Below the pieces are notes generated by a model. The model saw only the letters and a list, made by a program, of their open reading frames with translations. It did no database searches and had not been told where the DNA came from. Positions 62,870-64,000 of a DNA stretch of 64,000 nt are shown here, in pieces. The DNA lies in assembly GCA_036172245.1 (NCBI GenBank), contig JAYWIR010000001.1, forward strand, positions 5,704,001-5,768,000, given 5' to 3'. Numbering within the stretch: the stretch's first letter is position 1; the number at the start of each line of letters is the position of its first letter. A program made the position numbers and the translations under genes. The stretch is from Raillietiella orientalis. Taxonomy: Eukaryota.

Positions 62870-63800
62870 GAGCCCATCAGAGCCACTCCGGCGCAGTTCC
62901 TCTTCCAGCCTCATGGGCAACCTCTCACAGCCCCTCCTTCCTGCTTCTTGGTAAGTCCCTCAACGGCCCCTCTCTCATTTCTCGGACACTGAGATCCCGG
63001 TGACGTGACTGCTCCTCCTGAGAAGACGATACCATGCGGGCGAAGCAGAGAGCCGCCCTCACCGCTCGCTGACCACCTACGGCACCGCAACTCAACATCC
63101 AAAGGGCGGAGCGCGACGACCGACGACCGACGGACGACGACCGACGTCGCAAGGAGCCGGTGCCTGGGGTAGTGCCAGCGGTGGAACTCCGCATGCGCTA
63201 GAGTAGGCGTCCACGATGGCAGCCGTCATCTGAGAAACGACCGGGTGCAGCGTCGCCTTCGCCCTCCTTCTAGAGACCAGGGTTCGGCACCAGCGGACAG
63301 CGCGGACTCGGAATAGGCCTTGTTCCCTTCTCGGTGAGCCCCTCGGTCTGGAGCCGGCAACTCGCCGTGGTCTCTCTCGACCCCAGGCTGCTGGCACGTC
63401 CGCCGAAGGTGCCGCCCGGCAACTGCTCCCATCTTCCGCGCGTTCCGCACAGGAGATGGGCACCATCCCAGGCTCCCTCGTGCCCTCGAGACCGAGAAGA
63501 CTCGGAGGTCGAGCCTCGAAGGAAATGCTGGCTGCCGGCGGCCGTCGAGCAAGAAGCGCTCTGGAGGGCGCTCTCGACTCGTCCCGTGTGCGCCTGCTCT
63601 ACCGGAGCCGCCTGCAGGCCGGAGGCGGCTCCGGCTCTTCCTTCTCCTCCTCGCTTCCTCCTGAGCGCGTCCATGTCGAGCTCCCTGATGTCGTCCTCCT
63701 CCGTCCACGTGGCGCAGCACAGACGAAGGATCCCCTCGGAAGTTCGCCAACAAGTGGGCAGCCCACCTGCCATCTGTCATTTGCGAAACGCAGCCGCTGA
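62870..63800 (-). mobile_element. Repeat family D (ORF1-like), copy 2
   Basis: Inverted homolog of 49400-50150. Confidence 0.7.
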
Positions 63801-64000
63801 AGCCGCACGGAAATAGCCCTCCGCCTTCTGGTCCCGGCGCGGCGCACGGCAGCCGCCATCATCGCCGTCTCCGTCCACTCCTCCACTTCTCAGACGCTGG
63901 AGGAGGCCGACGGTTGAGCCGCGACTCAGGAAATGCCCGTTGCCTGGGAGCCGGTTTTTGATACGACCTCATGCCTGAGTCTAGGGCGTGCCCTGGGGAA

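Noticed and set aside
1..64000. Hundreds of overlapping 60-340 aa Arg/Pro/Ser/Gly-rich ORFs
   Set aside because: Expected from high GC content and decayed repeats; no recognisable domains beyond those reported.

Overview
This is GC-rich eukaryotic genomic DNA, most likely arthropod given the Beat-family gene and short GT-AG introns. It is not prokaryotic, and I found no rRNA, tRNA, CRISPR array or operon. Most ORFs in the supplied track are GC-rich shadow ORFs. Four things are supported. (1) One spliced host gene on +, a signal peptide plus two-Ig-domain Beaten-path (Beat)-like protein, with exons 16929-16965, 18018-18223, 26374-26509, 26578-26711 and 26762-27002; its last exon is unresolved. 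(2) An intronless, internally deleted, frameshifted rhomboid protease pseudogene at about 57412-57931. (3) A dense graveyard of L1/Tx1-like non-LTR retrotransposons: ten 3' termini, ORF2 zf-RVT (CCHC) ends, several ORF1-like families and decayed endonuclease/RT remnants. (4) A recent ~470 bp local duplication. The most interesting signal is that the ten diverged LINE ends do not finish in long poly(A). They finish in a conserved AATAAAC-like motif, a covarying CCGG hairpin and RTG-NYAA, and most are preceded by a second conserved structured 3'UTR module. Several copies also join ORF1 almost directly to the ORF2 C-terminus. All homology calls are by-eye motif recognition without database searches, and TE boundaries are approximate.
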